Part shown: piece after piece, positions 38,548-53,095 of the stretch
Numbering within the stretch: the first letter of the stretch is position 1
Layout: each line of letters opens with the position of its first letter
DNA from: Octopus sinensis
Lineage: Eukaryota
Length of the DNA: 64,000 nt
Direction: 5' to 3'
Assembly (NCBI RefSeq): GCF_006345805.1
Contig: NW_021836130.1
Location: 187,729-251,728 of the forward strand
Made by a program: the position numbers and the translations under genes
The notes under the pieces: generated by a model
Told to the model about the DNA's origin: nothing
Database searches by the model: none
The model's input: the letters and a program-made list of their open reading frames with translations, nothing else

Positions 38548-40929
38548 ACCACAACAAGAATAAGGGAATTTTATTTTAAATATTTGATTAAAAATTATTC
38601 ACAAAAATTTAATTTTAGTTATTTGCTTTGAAAAAAAATTGTTTTTTTATCTCTTTCTTTTATTAGTCAAACACTAAACTGAATTATTTCAAGAGTCTCC
38701 AAGATTGCCTACTCTGTTGGTCCATGAAGTAAAAATTGCTTTTCTGTGGTTTTTGACCTGATAGTTCTCATAAATAAAAACCCGGGCTTAAAAAAGAAAC
38801 TTTCACAGTTTTAATGTCATATTGCTTCTAGTCGATTTTATTTATTTTTAAGATTTTTGTTGTTTTGAGTGAACTCGTGTCTGGATGAAAATGTACCCGA
38901 ATTTTAAAACTTCGTAATGATTAAAATTATACTAAGTGTTTTCGAATGACTTTTGATTATCAAATTGGTTGAGTAATATTAAAAACAAGATACACAAGTT
39001 AGTAGTTATTAACGGAATTAGATTTTATCAGTATTTTTGGTTTGTTTTTGGTCGCGTTATTAAGAGTAGTCCATCCCTGATTGGCTTATTTTTTAACGAG
39101 TTACAGTTATTAGGACTTTCTCGATTCTGTACTATAAATTGGTATTTTTGAGACTGTGAACTCATTTAGGCAGAATATGTTTTTTCTAATTGCAGAAAGA
39201 TTAGTTTATTTATTACTCAAAAATTCATCTTAATGACGCTGGTTAACCAATCAGCTGGTGCTCGTTGTCTGAGAGAAGGGTATTTATAAAGATTATCCTG
39301 ATTAGTTCTGGTTTTGGGGGTGAGTCTCTCTCGAGTTTGTCAAAAAGTAAGTTGGTTTTTTATTATTTACATCCTGGATACTTTTCTGTATTGCAGGATC
39401 TGCACTTTTTTTGGTTTTTGAGACTGAATTTCATTTGTTTATCATAATTGAAGATTCCACCTTTCTGTGGTGTTAAATTGACAACTGGCATTAACGCTAC
39501 TTTTGGTAAGGCGCTAGCATCTTATCAACTATTTCTTCTAGATAATGTTTGAGCTTTTTTATTTTAATATAAGAACCAAAATTATGTGGGCGGTGATTTG
39601 AATTTTCACTTGATATCAAAAATAAAATGTTTGTCAGAAAACAAGTAATTTGTTCCGACAGTAAATAAACTTCAAAAAAGTTAATCAAATTTAAATTGAC
39701 TAAATTTGACTCAGTTAAAATCAGGATGTAAACGTGTGTAAGAAAATGGCTATTAAAAGAATTAAATCGAACAATTATGGATGGATGTGACCATTTGTGT
39801 TCTCGAGAATAAACGATTTAATAAAAAAAAGATTATAAAAACAAATATCGGATTAGCCTCTTTGGAGATTTAGTTAAACAATTTATTTTTATTTTATAGA
39901 AATTTCAAAAGAAAACCTCGATTCGATCGATCAGTAATGAAATTTTTACTTAATATAAATTGCAAAAATGACATAATAAGTAATATAAATTAAACTCGCC
40001 TTGTTTAAACATGCGCTAAAATATTTAGTGCATTTTAATCAGCAACCTAAAATTCACGTATTAGAAAAATTGTTTGAAATACATTAACAATACAAAACAA
40101 CGACATGAATTACTAATACATTTAAATTAAACATTAAAACCCGGATTTTCAAAATAAATCAATTTTTAATTCTTTCATATTAAAAATCAAAGAAAGATCC
40201 AAAAACACAAATAAAAAAGACAATACATTTTTTATTTGTAATATAATTGTGAATCCTAAATTCGACAATTTTGCTTTTATTGTGAACAGTATTATTTAAC
40301 ATTCAATCGTCAATTTCATTTAAATAAACCCTAATCTAATATTTTCCAAATAAAAAAACCCAAGCATGGGCCTAAGCTTGAAGGACAAGTCCGAAATGCT
40401 AATTTAATTCTATCGACTGCCGGAGACACATTCTCGACCAGATCCATCGCACGAAGATGCACTCCACCCCCCAAACCTGTGCCGTCAGTGTACAGCATAA
40501 GCATGCCAATAATGAGTAGAATATGACATTGATGGGTTGTTGTTTCTGCATTATGGGTGAATACAACTCACTTGCCACATTAACAGACAAATCGAACTTC
40601 TTCATTAACGTGCAGGGACCAGTTCTTAAATTCGTTATGAATTTTTTTCATAAACAAGTTAAAGATCTTTTTCTGACACAAAGTCTGTGTCATATAATTT
40701 CAATTGGCATTAATTCTCCAGAAATAGTTCTGAGAGCTTTCAGTAGACTCCAGGTATATGATGAATAAAACTGGAGATAGGTAGTCCCCCTGTGGTGTTC
40801 CAACCCAACCCATAGAATAGAATTCAGTATTGGGGAATAGAAAAAGAATCAGCCTCTATTATCTCTATCAAATCCGGAACCAAATCTCCTGAACAAAGCT
40901 GATTGCCTTTTCACTCAAGGAACCAGAAG

Positions 40930-41640
40930 TCTCACCTGCGAATAAATAAAAATTCAGAATGTCTTTGGGAATCAATTTCGTTCACAACATAGAACAATAT
41001 TCCAATAAATTTAATGTGATAACTAATTTTATGACTTAAACAATTGTCAAAAATCAATAATATTTTCCTGTCTAACTTTATGTCTATATCTAGCAACAGT
41101 AAATTGAATTCATTTGAATTCATACACAAAGTTTGGTTATATGAATATACAAAATAATAAATGATTAAAGTTTTGGAATTTTCTGGGTTTTTTGAATTTT
41201 TAAATAAGGTTGAAAAAAGTGGTAAAAATATAAAAAATGGTAAAATAGAAAAACATAAGAAAAAAACAGAATTTCAAATTTTTGGTAAAAAAAGAGTGGC
41301 AAATCATAAAGGTGATAAATTAGAAAGATTTGACTGTAAAACAGAATTTCGAATTGTAAGAGTGGTAAAAAGTGACTCTTCAATTTGTCTAAATTTATAA
41401 AAACATCAAAAGTATTTGCTGACCCCTGACCTAGGCGATCTTGTGACAACTGTTTTACTTGGAAAATATCAGATTCGGACACAATCAAATTATTAGATTA
41501 ATATTTAGGCCTTCCCCTGAATTCAGTAAACTCTTTTATTATGAAGTAGATATTACACGGTGTTTTTTCATCCATTTTTAGAATGTGTTAAAGGGCCCTT
41601 CCCCGCTTTTCCCCACATCAATGCTTATGGGCCGCGAACT
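40930..41640 (-). mobile_element. pogo/Tigger remnant, possibly interrupted by a hAT-like end near 41430
   Basis: MNSNEFN....DRKILLIFDNCLSHK DDE_1-like motif; GACCCCTG near 41420. Confidence 0.55.
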
Positions 41641-42077
41641 GCACATCTTGTAAAGACTTTCATTTGATACTCTTCCTGGGAAAAATGTTACCGATTCTTC
41701 TTAACTGGATTCTTTTCACAGAATCCAGCGACATGAATAACTTTTTGGTATATCTTCAGGTACCGGAGTTTAATTAGACACAATTTTAATATCAGGAGAA
41801 TCTTTCTGCTCGATGGAAAAAGAATAGCTGAAGGGTTTATTTTTTTTGACTAAGCATTTTCTTTTTATTGACTTAAAGCTTATTTCCGCATGTCTGCTCT
41901 CACAGGCGACGCCCGCGAATCAAGATGGTTTTTCAAGCGGATATCCCTCGCGATAGTACGCTCTAATTATTTCTCGATCGCGTCGGCTTCCCGTCCATGA
42001 AGTTTAGTTTCGGATTACTTTTATTATGTAACTCAACTTGTGAAAAAAAGCTTATTTTAAGTACTGAGAATGATATA

Positions 42078-45000
42078 CAGTGCTGGTGGAAAAAAACCGG
42101 TTTTGCAGTTACTAAGTTTTTTTAGCTTATAGCTATTAATTTTCCAAATGAAATAAAGAGTTTGAAGTTGATTATTATTTTTTTTTTTTTTTTAAACAAA
42201 AACAAAAATTAAACGAAAATTAAAAATTAATTGATATTCTCTCTTCTCTTAGGGGAACTACTCCGTTGACCGGTCATGTCTTGACACCTCTCCTCTTCGT
42301 ATTGCAGTAAGAAAGCAGACTCCTCTGGCAAGTCAACTGACACTCCCAGTTCTTCTCCTCTAGCGATAAGACTATCCGTTTCCTTCTCAATTTGGTAGTT
42401 GTCGACCTTCATGCCATGTTTGTATTCAACGACCATGCTCTCCAGGGTTTTCTTGATTGTCACTGATTGAATGTACGCCTTAGTCGGGACCTCTATATTC
42501 AACTTTTTCATGTAGGACTTATAGAACTTGGTCACTACCCCATCCCATGTCAATACGACAGGGACTATCGTGACTTTTGCCTTGTGAATCTGTGCCAATT
42601 CTCCAGCAAGTAGATCATACTTGTGGAGTTTCTCTACTTCGACTTGCTTTAACCTGTCCTGGGATGTGACCCCGACTTCGATTATCGTTATCTCATTTTT
42701 CATTTTATCAAGCACGAAAATGTCTGGCTTGTTGTTTTTAACTTCAATGTCGGTCTGCAACGTCATGTCTACTCGTATTTCAACACGACTATTTTCCACG
42801 ACCGACTGGACTGAGTGTGCTTTCAATTTCTTGCATTTCTTTATTCCGTACTGACGACAGACGTGTAGATGTATGCATCTGACAATTTCATTGTGTCTTC
42901 GCATGTATGACCCGTGAAGCATTCTGCTACATCGAGTAGCTAGGTGATCCACGGTTTTTCTTGCCGAGCCGCAATGGTTACAATTAGGCTTTGCCTCTCC
43001 GAAAAACAAATTGCGATCCTGGGCCAAGCAATATAGTGCCTCGGCCTTTGGGCCATTGTTCCCATTGGCTAGCCATACATTGGACTCCACGATATCAGCA
43101 CTCGGTTCCTGAATGCATTTAAACAGCGTTGAATGTATCATCTTAGATTTAATGGTGTCCATTAGTCTTTTCTTCTGGCACTCCTTAATAAGGTTTACAT
43201 CCAATTTTGATTGGTCTTCCAGATTGTACTTGAGAGCGAGAAATCTTGCAATCGTGGTCATATGTGTTTTCTTTTCTCTCAAGACCCGCAAGATTCCTGC
43301 TCTTCTGAGGCACAACGAGGCTTTTCTTTCAAGGTCGGAGAGAAATTGGAGCAGGATGCATTCGCTCTTATTGGAAATTGAGATTAAGCCTCTTCCAAAA
43401 CCATTTCTGCCGAGATATAATCTTTCTTTATTAGCGGGCTTCAGATGGATTCGTAAAGTAGTTAGAATGCGACGAATTACCAATCAATGGCATCAAACTC
43501 ACTCGGTTCAATGTCGATCAATCCGATATAGTAGTTGTAGAGAGAGAGTGCATATTCGTTTATCGCTTTAAAGAGGTTTACTGCACTTAACTTTGTTTTT
43601 GCAAGACTCTCGATTCTCTCTTTCACGTTTCGAGCAATTGTTTTCATTACCTCGATTTTCTTGACATCACTTCCTCTATCCTCCAAGACTCCCAGGTATC
43701 GATACCCAGCACACCCATCCAGACATTTTGTATCTTTCACATAGTCCAGGTTAGTCGCAGACTTTTCCGAGTTCCTCTTGAGGCCAACGGCATCAAAATA
43801 TTCATCGACATCTTCCATCATTTTTAGAACGGTGTCTTCTTTCTCAGCAATTATTTTCAGGTCGTCAATAAACAACAAATGGTTTGTTGAATATGAAACC
43901 GTGAACGGGTCATTTTGACCTATACGCACCTTCGGGAACTTCATATTCAAGCTCCTACTTAACGGATCCATTACCAGAGTGAAGAGTTGTGGAGAGAGTG
44001 AGTCTCCTTGTAAGATTCCTCTTTCCAATTTTACAGTTCCAATTCTCTTATTGTTAAGTGTCAAAATGACATTCCAATTTTTGATTAAAGTTTTCACAAA
44101 ATTTGTGATCCAATTCGGAATTCCAGACTGATCAAGCACTTGACATAAGAATTCATGATTGACAGAATCAAATGCCTTTCTGACATCGATCCACGTTGCA
44201 AATAAGTTATTTCCATACTCACTATTGACACACTGGTTTATTAGTGCTTGTTCCTTTGCGCCTTGGCATTGCCTTCTAGCTCCCAGCTGATTATCCGAGA
44301 TAAGGTTAAACGCTTCGATATAGTCTGTAAGCTTTGTATTCACACATTTAGTGACAAGTTTGTACAATATAGGCATGCAGGTAATCGGCCTTAAGTCATT
44401 TGGGGAATGGCACTTTTCATTTTTTGGAATGAGGTATGTTACTCCTGTGTAAAACCACTCAGCAGGGGAATAGCCTCCGTTCACAATTTTAAGGATCTCA
44501 TCGCACAAATGGCCATGAAGAGCTTCGAACTTTTTGATAAAAAATCCATAAACTCCGTCACAACCCGCGGCTTTCCAATTGGGTACACACTGGATAACAT
44601 TCTTGATAAAATCAGTTTTCACGTCACTTGGAAGCTGTTCAGCTCCAGTAATATGCTTACCAACAATAGCTTTAGGAGCACGGTTCTCCTCTTTCTTCCA
44701 TACGCCCTTCCAGAAAGATAGACACTTATCTTCTGGGACTTGACAATCAGAATCTTTGTTTTCACAGTTCAGTCTTCGATAGAATCTTCTCCTGTTTAGT
44801 TCAAAACAGAAATTATCTTGTCTAAACGACTTTCTGGAGCGATAGGTTGAGATTTTTTTCTCCATAATTTTGACTCTATCTTCAATAAGACTAGATACGC
44901 GTGCCAGCTCTCCCTTTCTGGATTTTTTGTATCCAAACGAGCATAAAATGTTCAGTGTCTTCTCTTTTTCGTCTTTAGATTGCTGGCCATTAAACTTATT

Positions 45001-47131
45001 AACGAAAGTTAGATTTTCTCTAAGTTTGGAAATCTTTCTTTCCGTATCCTCAAGCCATGTGCTTTTTGTTAGGGGTTGCCTCGTAATGTTTTCATATGAG
45101 CATTGCCCGGCATAAATTATATCCGTGATTTCATTTATGCTTGCAGGCGGAGAAGATAATATATAGTTCGAAATCACTGCATTAATTGCGACAAGAACAT
45201 CAGTCTTTAGCAATTTATACGGAATCTTCTTTGTGGGCATTCTCGCATTTCGTGGGATTGATTTAAGTTCCTGAATTTGGAGATTAAACTCTTCCTTGCA
45301 TTTACCATAAATGGAGATTTCTGTCTTTGGCAATAAGTAATCTGAGGTATCCACATTATTTCGACTGCCACAGCCATTAGAGCAGGGCTTTACATTCAGT
45401 AAGTTTTTCACATCAGAGACACTCTTTTGAGTGAGAAAGCGGACGTTGAAACATTCGGCAATAAGTCTCCATCCTCCGCGAGGAATTCTGCCAAATCGTC
45501 TCTTCGCTGACTCCACAACACCAGAAATCCATTTGACTTTGTCGTTAGAGTGTTCCTCACCGATCACCGATTTAAGAGGGATTAGATGGGGTGAGACATG
45601 TTCGGTAGGAGAGTTTCCACAAATTTCATGGGGATCATGTAGCCCCGAAGACTTGCTTCTTACCAATAGTTGTTGGTTATCTCTAATATCTTTTGTAAGA
45701 GAGCCCTCAGGATTTGCTTGCAGACTGGTGAAAACAGACATACACGACACCACAAGAAATTATTTCACTTGAAGTTGATTATATGTATAATTTTTTTTTA
45801 CTTTAAAAAATTCAATAATCGGCAAAAATTTAAAAAATGTGAATTTTATCATGTGAATAAAAACCGGTTTTAACAAAAAGAGTTAACAAATCAACAGTTA
45901 GTATGTTGTGTGGTATCATCGATTAATAATAGCTCGTATGACCTTTTAGGCATACTATCAATTAATTTCCAAATATTTCAGATGGCAATTCGTTCCAAAT
46001 TTTCATTAATTTGACTTCGAGATCAAGTTTGTTTTTTGCAGGATCTAATGAATATTTTTGCTTCATCATGCTTCAAACATGTTCCATTGGGTTCATGTCT
46101 GGAGATTGTGGAGCCCAATCAAGAATTGGAATTTTATTTTCTTCAAAAACTTGGTTGTCAACGCAGATTGATGACAGGGAGCCAAGTCTTGTTGGAAAGT
46201 GAACTGATTTAGTGCCATTTTTCGCGCCGAAACAAACAAATTATTCGTTATTACATTTATATGTTTAGCGGAATTCAGTGTTCCATTAACAAAAACTAAA
46301 TTGCCCACTCCTTGATAGAAGATACAGCCCCAAACCATAACACTACCTCCACCAAATTTTACTGTCGGTGTTATATGGCTCAATTCATAACATGAAATTT
46401 TTTTTCGATAACAGTATTGCCTTTTTTTAGTATGAAAAATCTGAAAAGGTGCTTCATCAGAGAAAATAATAGTTTTCCATGCGTCATTGTCAAATAAAAA
46501 TTTTTGACAATTCACATCTTTTTATTATGTTTTTATTTGAAAGCAACGGTTTACGTTGACATACTCTTCCAAAGAGAAAATTTGAATTTAAATAAGTTCC
46601 AATTGTCTTTCTACAGACACTCTTACCAGTTAAATGTTTTATTTCATTTCTCAACGTGTTAAAAATTTTTACGGATCGCACTCAATAAGATGTAATAGGA
46701 TTTTAATGTCTGTTTTCTGAAGCTTTTTATGACGTCCGGAATCAGAAATCCTATCAGCAGTTCCATATTTTTTGAATTTTCGAAAAAATCTCTGATTGTC
46801 GATTTTAATGTATTTAGATGTTTTGCGATATCTTTTATCGTCCAATTTAACTCAAAAAGAGCAAGGATCTTTCCTTTAATTATTGCATTTAACATTTGCT
46901 TATAAAACTTAAAATTCAACAAATAAAATATCATTCAATAAATCAAACCGGTTTTTTATTCACACGCAAAAATTTAAATCTTCAAAATTTTAAACGATTA
47001 ATGAAATTTTTTATAAACAAAAAAATTATAAATCTAATAAACTCCAAAGAGTTCAATTCAGTTGGAAAATTGAATGCTATCTGCCAAAAAAACTTAGTAA
47101 CTGCAAAACCGGTTTTTTTCCACCAGCACTG
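42078..47131 (-). mobile_element. Tc1-family IR/DR DNA transposon, TA TSD, left TIR split by a retrotransposon
   Basis: CAGTGCTGGTGGAAAAAAACCGGTTTTGCAGTTACTAAGTTTTTT at both ends flanked by TA; inner DRs at 45853-45870 and 46945-46963; transposase about 45950-46900 with IFSDE, PTVKFGGGSVMVWG, FQQD.APCH, SPDMNPMEH; frameshifts. Confidence 0.93.
42176..45768 (-). mobile_element. Near-intact RLE-type non-LTR retrotransposon (R4/Dong-like), 14-bp TSD, poly(A) tail
   Basis: ORF 45741-42227 with one 1-bp shift near 43480; Myb-like N-terminus, RT (LRPITC, GILQGDSLSP, LFIDD), CCHC, RHN, KPD..IIEV..K endonuclease; TSD TTGAAGTTGATTAT at 42162-42175 and 45769-45782. Confidence 0.95.
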
Positions 47132-47599
47132 TATAATACAAGCTGTAAATCACTATTTTTGTGTTGTAAGATTGAAGAAAAAATAGAAAAACCAAAATCT
47201 AATACTTTTTTATTACCAAAAACAGCTAAACTGCTTTATAGGGTTCAATGATATACAGTCTGTTAAAAAAACGTTTGGAATGTTGGGACATCCTCAGTCG
47301 CCTGTTGTACTCGAAAGTCTCGGTTTGCTTCATTCCACATTGATTTACTTCAATTTTGGAGTGGTGGTTTGTTCAATTCATAGAATGGTATTGTGTTGTC
47401 TGATTGAGTAAATTCCTGCTGTGATGAGAGTGGCTGGATTGGACTGTTCGAATAAGATTAGGATCAAAAGAAGACGCATTTTGACAAAAGCATGTAAATT
47501 GATGGGGTTGTCTCGTGCCTGTTACGATGTTGTTTTTTCAAACAGAACTCAGTGCAGGGTCAGTCACATCCCACGATTCCGTACCGGGTGTTAAATAAA

Positions 47600-48120
47600 A
47601 TTAAGTTCAAGCCCGGCTGTCCAGACTATGGAAAATACGTCTATGAAGAGCTGGATTAGCCGGCTTCAGATGGAGATCAGGAGAGAAATCCGTGAAATCG
47701 AAAGTTCACGGTAAGAGCGGGCCTGCAGACGAGTTGAGAGGCGCTTCCCAGACTTCTGGAAACAATTGAAGATTCTGTCGGGAGAGAGGTCAACTTTGAC
47801 TGCATTGTCGTTGCTCACGACGAAATTGACATCTGGAAAAAAGGGGCAGGCGGACTTCAAAATGGCTGTACTCATCTTCGTTAGATTATCCAGTTAGGTG
47901 GTTCAGCCTTTCAAAGAGGAGTCGTCACTAAAAGATATTGTCATTGACGACAAAAGCTGTGTTTCCGTTCTTGTTCTTGCCTTTAATTGGTGTGTACTGT
48001 TTTGTTATTTTGGTGAGTGTGTTGCTGTTGTGGATCAGAGTATCGCCGACGGAATGGCGTATGACTTCATAGAGAAGTGGAAAGAGTCAATGACTCTATA
48101 AGAGGGCGATTCCGATTTCG
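47600..48120 (-). mobile_element. Probable decayed non-LTR RT fragment
   Basis: GC-elevated segment; RSYRE..RISLL resembles RT YRPISLL motif. Confidence 0.35.
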
Positions 48121-48256
48121 GAATTTTTGGAGAGCAAGAAGATAAATTCTGTAATATAGATAAACGATGATAGATAAGTAATTATTTGTGACATATTGTT
48201 GATTTGTTTGTTGTTTAATCATTATAAAATTTGGAAATGTTTCTGTCGTTAAAAAT

Positions 48257-48715
48257 ATTCAAAGGCTCGAATAGAATCAGTATCGAGTGTGTATTTACTG
48301 CTGGGAGTATAAATGTGTTATAAAGGATGCAGGCGAATATATTGATGGAATATGAGTTGGATGAGGCAGAAGCATTTTTAGACAAAAATTATAAGGAAGC
48401 ACTCAGACAGATTTGCAAGTTAGATGATCGACTCAACTATATTCAGGACCAGAAGACTATTCTGGAAGTCAATATGAGCAGGATCTTTATTTGGCAAACA
48501 AATCGTGATAAAAATGTCTAATTTGTTTGATTATTATGCTCTTATTTGTTTTTTTTTTTTTTGAGAGGACTTGGTGATTTTTGGACAGGGAATATATACA
48601 GGGAAAGATGAAACCTTATTTTTGTGTTCTTTTTTTGTATCATTGTAGACAATATACCAAAAAATTAGGACAATTTTTTTATTTTTGACATATGAATTTT
48701 TAGCACGTGCCATTG
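48257..48715 (+). pseudogene. Duplicated 3' half of PFDN3 (intron, last exon, 3' UTR)
   Basis: Near-identical to 30237-30697; ORF 48327-48521 differs from 30308-30502 at a few residues; 5' exons absent. Confidence 0.9.
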
Positions 48716-49636
48716 AGCAAGAGGATAAATTCTGAGATAGATAAACGATGGTAAATAAGAATCATATATGTAATAATGTTTATTTTAGATGTGTTTGAAG
48801 CAAATGTAATATTACTTGTGACATATTGTTGATTTGTTTGGAAATGTTTCTGTTGTTTAAAAGATGCTGTTTTGGAAAAACTGACATAATAAGCAGTAAA
48901 AAATAGTAATGATGTTGATAAAGTGGAAGGTATAATTTTCTGTAAATACAAAGTTGTTCATAAAAATTCGAAATTTGATTATATTAAAATAATGATTATT
49001 ACTCACTTTTTCTAATAAAAAAGTAAATGTATTATTATTTTTGCTGACTATTTTTTGATTAATATGTTACTTGTGAGAGAAATATTATCAGATATTTTTG
49101 TATTAGTATATTATAAACCAAGTTACATTCATTATATAGTCAATTATTATATAATAACATTACATGATTGATTAATTTTTAAAATATTTAAATAGTAAAT
49201 CAAACCGGATTTCAACAAAGAAATAAGATTTAAGTAGTTTGAAATACTCCAGACATAATTTAAATCTCGTGTCGACACGATCTGGAAAACATTTTCTTTA
49301 ATTTATTATCAACCTGCACTTCTGGAATGAAATTAGAAAAAAAATGTCTTGCACTTTGTTAAATAAATATATTTGCGTTACATATAAGTCGTAAACGTGT
49401 ATGAAATGATTGATTAATAAATTGTTCTTGTTACTAAGTTATCTGGCTTATAAAAAAACTTCGCCATCCGCCTTGTTCACTACTTGACCGTTGTCATTGT
49501 AATGCTTTTTCCTTTTTTTCAATCACTCCATCAAGGTCCCCAAACTCTGATTTTTTAATTTTTAGGGGATTTGCTTTTGAAAATGCAACAAATTGCATTT
49601 TTATGTTGAATTTAATTAATTATTACGATTATATAA

Positions 49637-50282
49637 TATCACAGTCCGAATAAAATACAAAATGTTTAATTATTATTAAAAATAATTTCTTTCCATTATC
49701 ACTATGTAGCGGAGGCCCGACATAATAAAAAATTATTTGGAATAAATCTGCGATTTCAGCAGAAGATTTGGTCACCGACATTTCAAGCATTACATATTTG
49801 GAAAAAGAATTTACAATTACCAAAATCTATTTTAGTAACATATCATACCCAGCCATCATTCATCGTCGAATATCTTCTGAGGTCAATTAAATCCGCAATG
49901 TATCTGTCTCTACATCTCCTTGCAATGATTGGCGTAATTGGAGGCTTCGTATACAATAATTTTTTAGACCAAAAATATTTATTGAAAAGAGTTATTACTT
50001 GACAGAAAGCACAAAGCGAAATCACCTTAGAGATTTCTTCTCTATTCAATCCATAATTGAGATTTCTTAATTTCGAAAAAAGCCGGTCTCTCCCAAAGTG
50101 GTAATGTTCCGCCTAACTTTTATTTTTGCACCTCAACGCACTTTAATTCGATTTCATCTTCACAGAAAAAACGCAAATTAAGCCCATTCTTTCAAAAATA
50201 TGTTTTTCCATCTTCAAAATAGATATTTATTATGTCAGACTAATTTTTTAAATTTCTAGCGTATTTTATTCGGACTGTGACA
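49637..50282 (-). mobile_element. Ginger2/TDD-like element, deleted, 22-bp TIR, 5-bp TSD TATAA
   Basis: T(A/G)TCACAGTCCGAATAAAATAC termini; TATAA flanks; HFGRDRLF..C..CQ, RDRYIADLIDLRRYS..NDGW|ILVIVNSFSKY, HSDNGK. Confidence 0.88.
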
Positions 50283-51249
50283 TATAATAAAAAATAAAAC
50301 CAATTTTTATTTTCTAATGAAAATAAATTATTTTATTGCAGGTATTGGAAAAGCTGCTCAAACTTCTTTAAGTCCTCATCCCAAATATGTCCAACCCATC
50401 CTGCTTCATCAATTTTAAGATTGTAGAATATTTAGAAAGGTTGTTTTTTTCTTGTAATTATTAGTTTCTGTGTGCAGGCCGTCTTTTTAAAGATTCGCCG
50501 TGTGTTTATTAAGCTTCTTACAAGGGAGAAGATAAATAAATATAGTTTTTTCGGAATTTTGAAGAGGATAATCTTCAATTTTATGCTGATTTGAAACATA
50601 AAGCAAACTATTGCCTAAGAAGAGTAATATTTCGTTCAATACAGAACATTTTAAAACACACAATTATCATCACTTTTGTGAAAAGCGTTTTTTGTGTCCG
50701 GAGCTTTCTTTTATATTTAAGACCGCTGCCAAAATCCTCAAAAATCTTTTTTAAGATTCTTATTTTAATGACCTATTCAGAAAATCTATCGGACTATTAG
50801 GATCTCACTAATAGATTCAGTTGTATATTTCGTTTTGCAGTCAAGTGATGAAAATTTCGACTCTCTAAAAATAATTTTCAAAAACTGGGGACCCCGGAAG
50901 AAGTTATGTTATTATTATAACCAAGATTACCGTCAAAAATCATAGAACTAATTAATCAGGTGATCCCGACTTCTCTGAGGAGGGTCCGAAGAAGTTATGT
51001 GGAATGATAAAAATAATAATGAGTCAGATTCTCAACTAAGTTTAACCACAAGATCTAGAAATAGAAACATTAACTTCATTCCAGGTTTCTGACAAATTAT
51101 AAATAAAACTCGATTGATTTTTCAATTTGTGTTTTTTATTTTCAAATTATCTTGTTCGAAGCAAATTATAAGTCAAATCACTATAATCTTCAGATTAGAA
51201 AAAAATAAACAACAAAAATGAAATGACCAAAAAAAGTAATTAATGTAAA

Positions 51250-52753
<1,504 letters not shown>

Positions 52754-53095
52754 TTGTGTAACAATGTGATATATTACTTGTATTAATTTAAAATTATTTA
52801 TAATATTCTAATCGTCTACATCTTAATTACATTTTATAAAAATAAATGTTAAATATTGATTAATTATAGTAACCAAGCAATGATGAATTAGTTAGAAGAA
52901 CTACTTTAATATTCAAAAATGTCTGTTTAATTAAAACCAATTTATCGGTTAAATAAATATTATTTACTTATTAATAAATATATATTCATAAATTATATAA
53001 AATAATAAATAAATTATGAACAAGCGGTCGTTTTAAGTTGTGGTTGTGTTTTCCATATCTTATACATTTATATATATTTATTATTAGTAGAATAA

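Noticed and set aside
38650-39700. Possible Gypsy/integrase remnant on minus strand
   Set aside because: Only faint fragments with many stops; not enough to call
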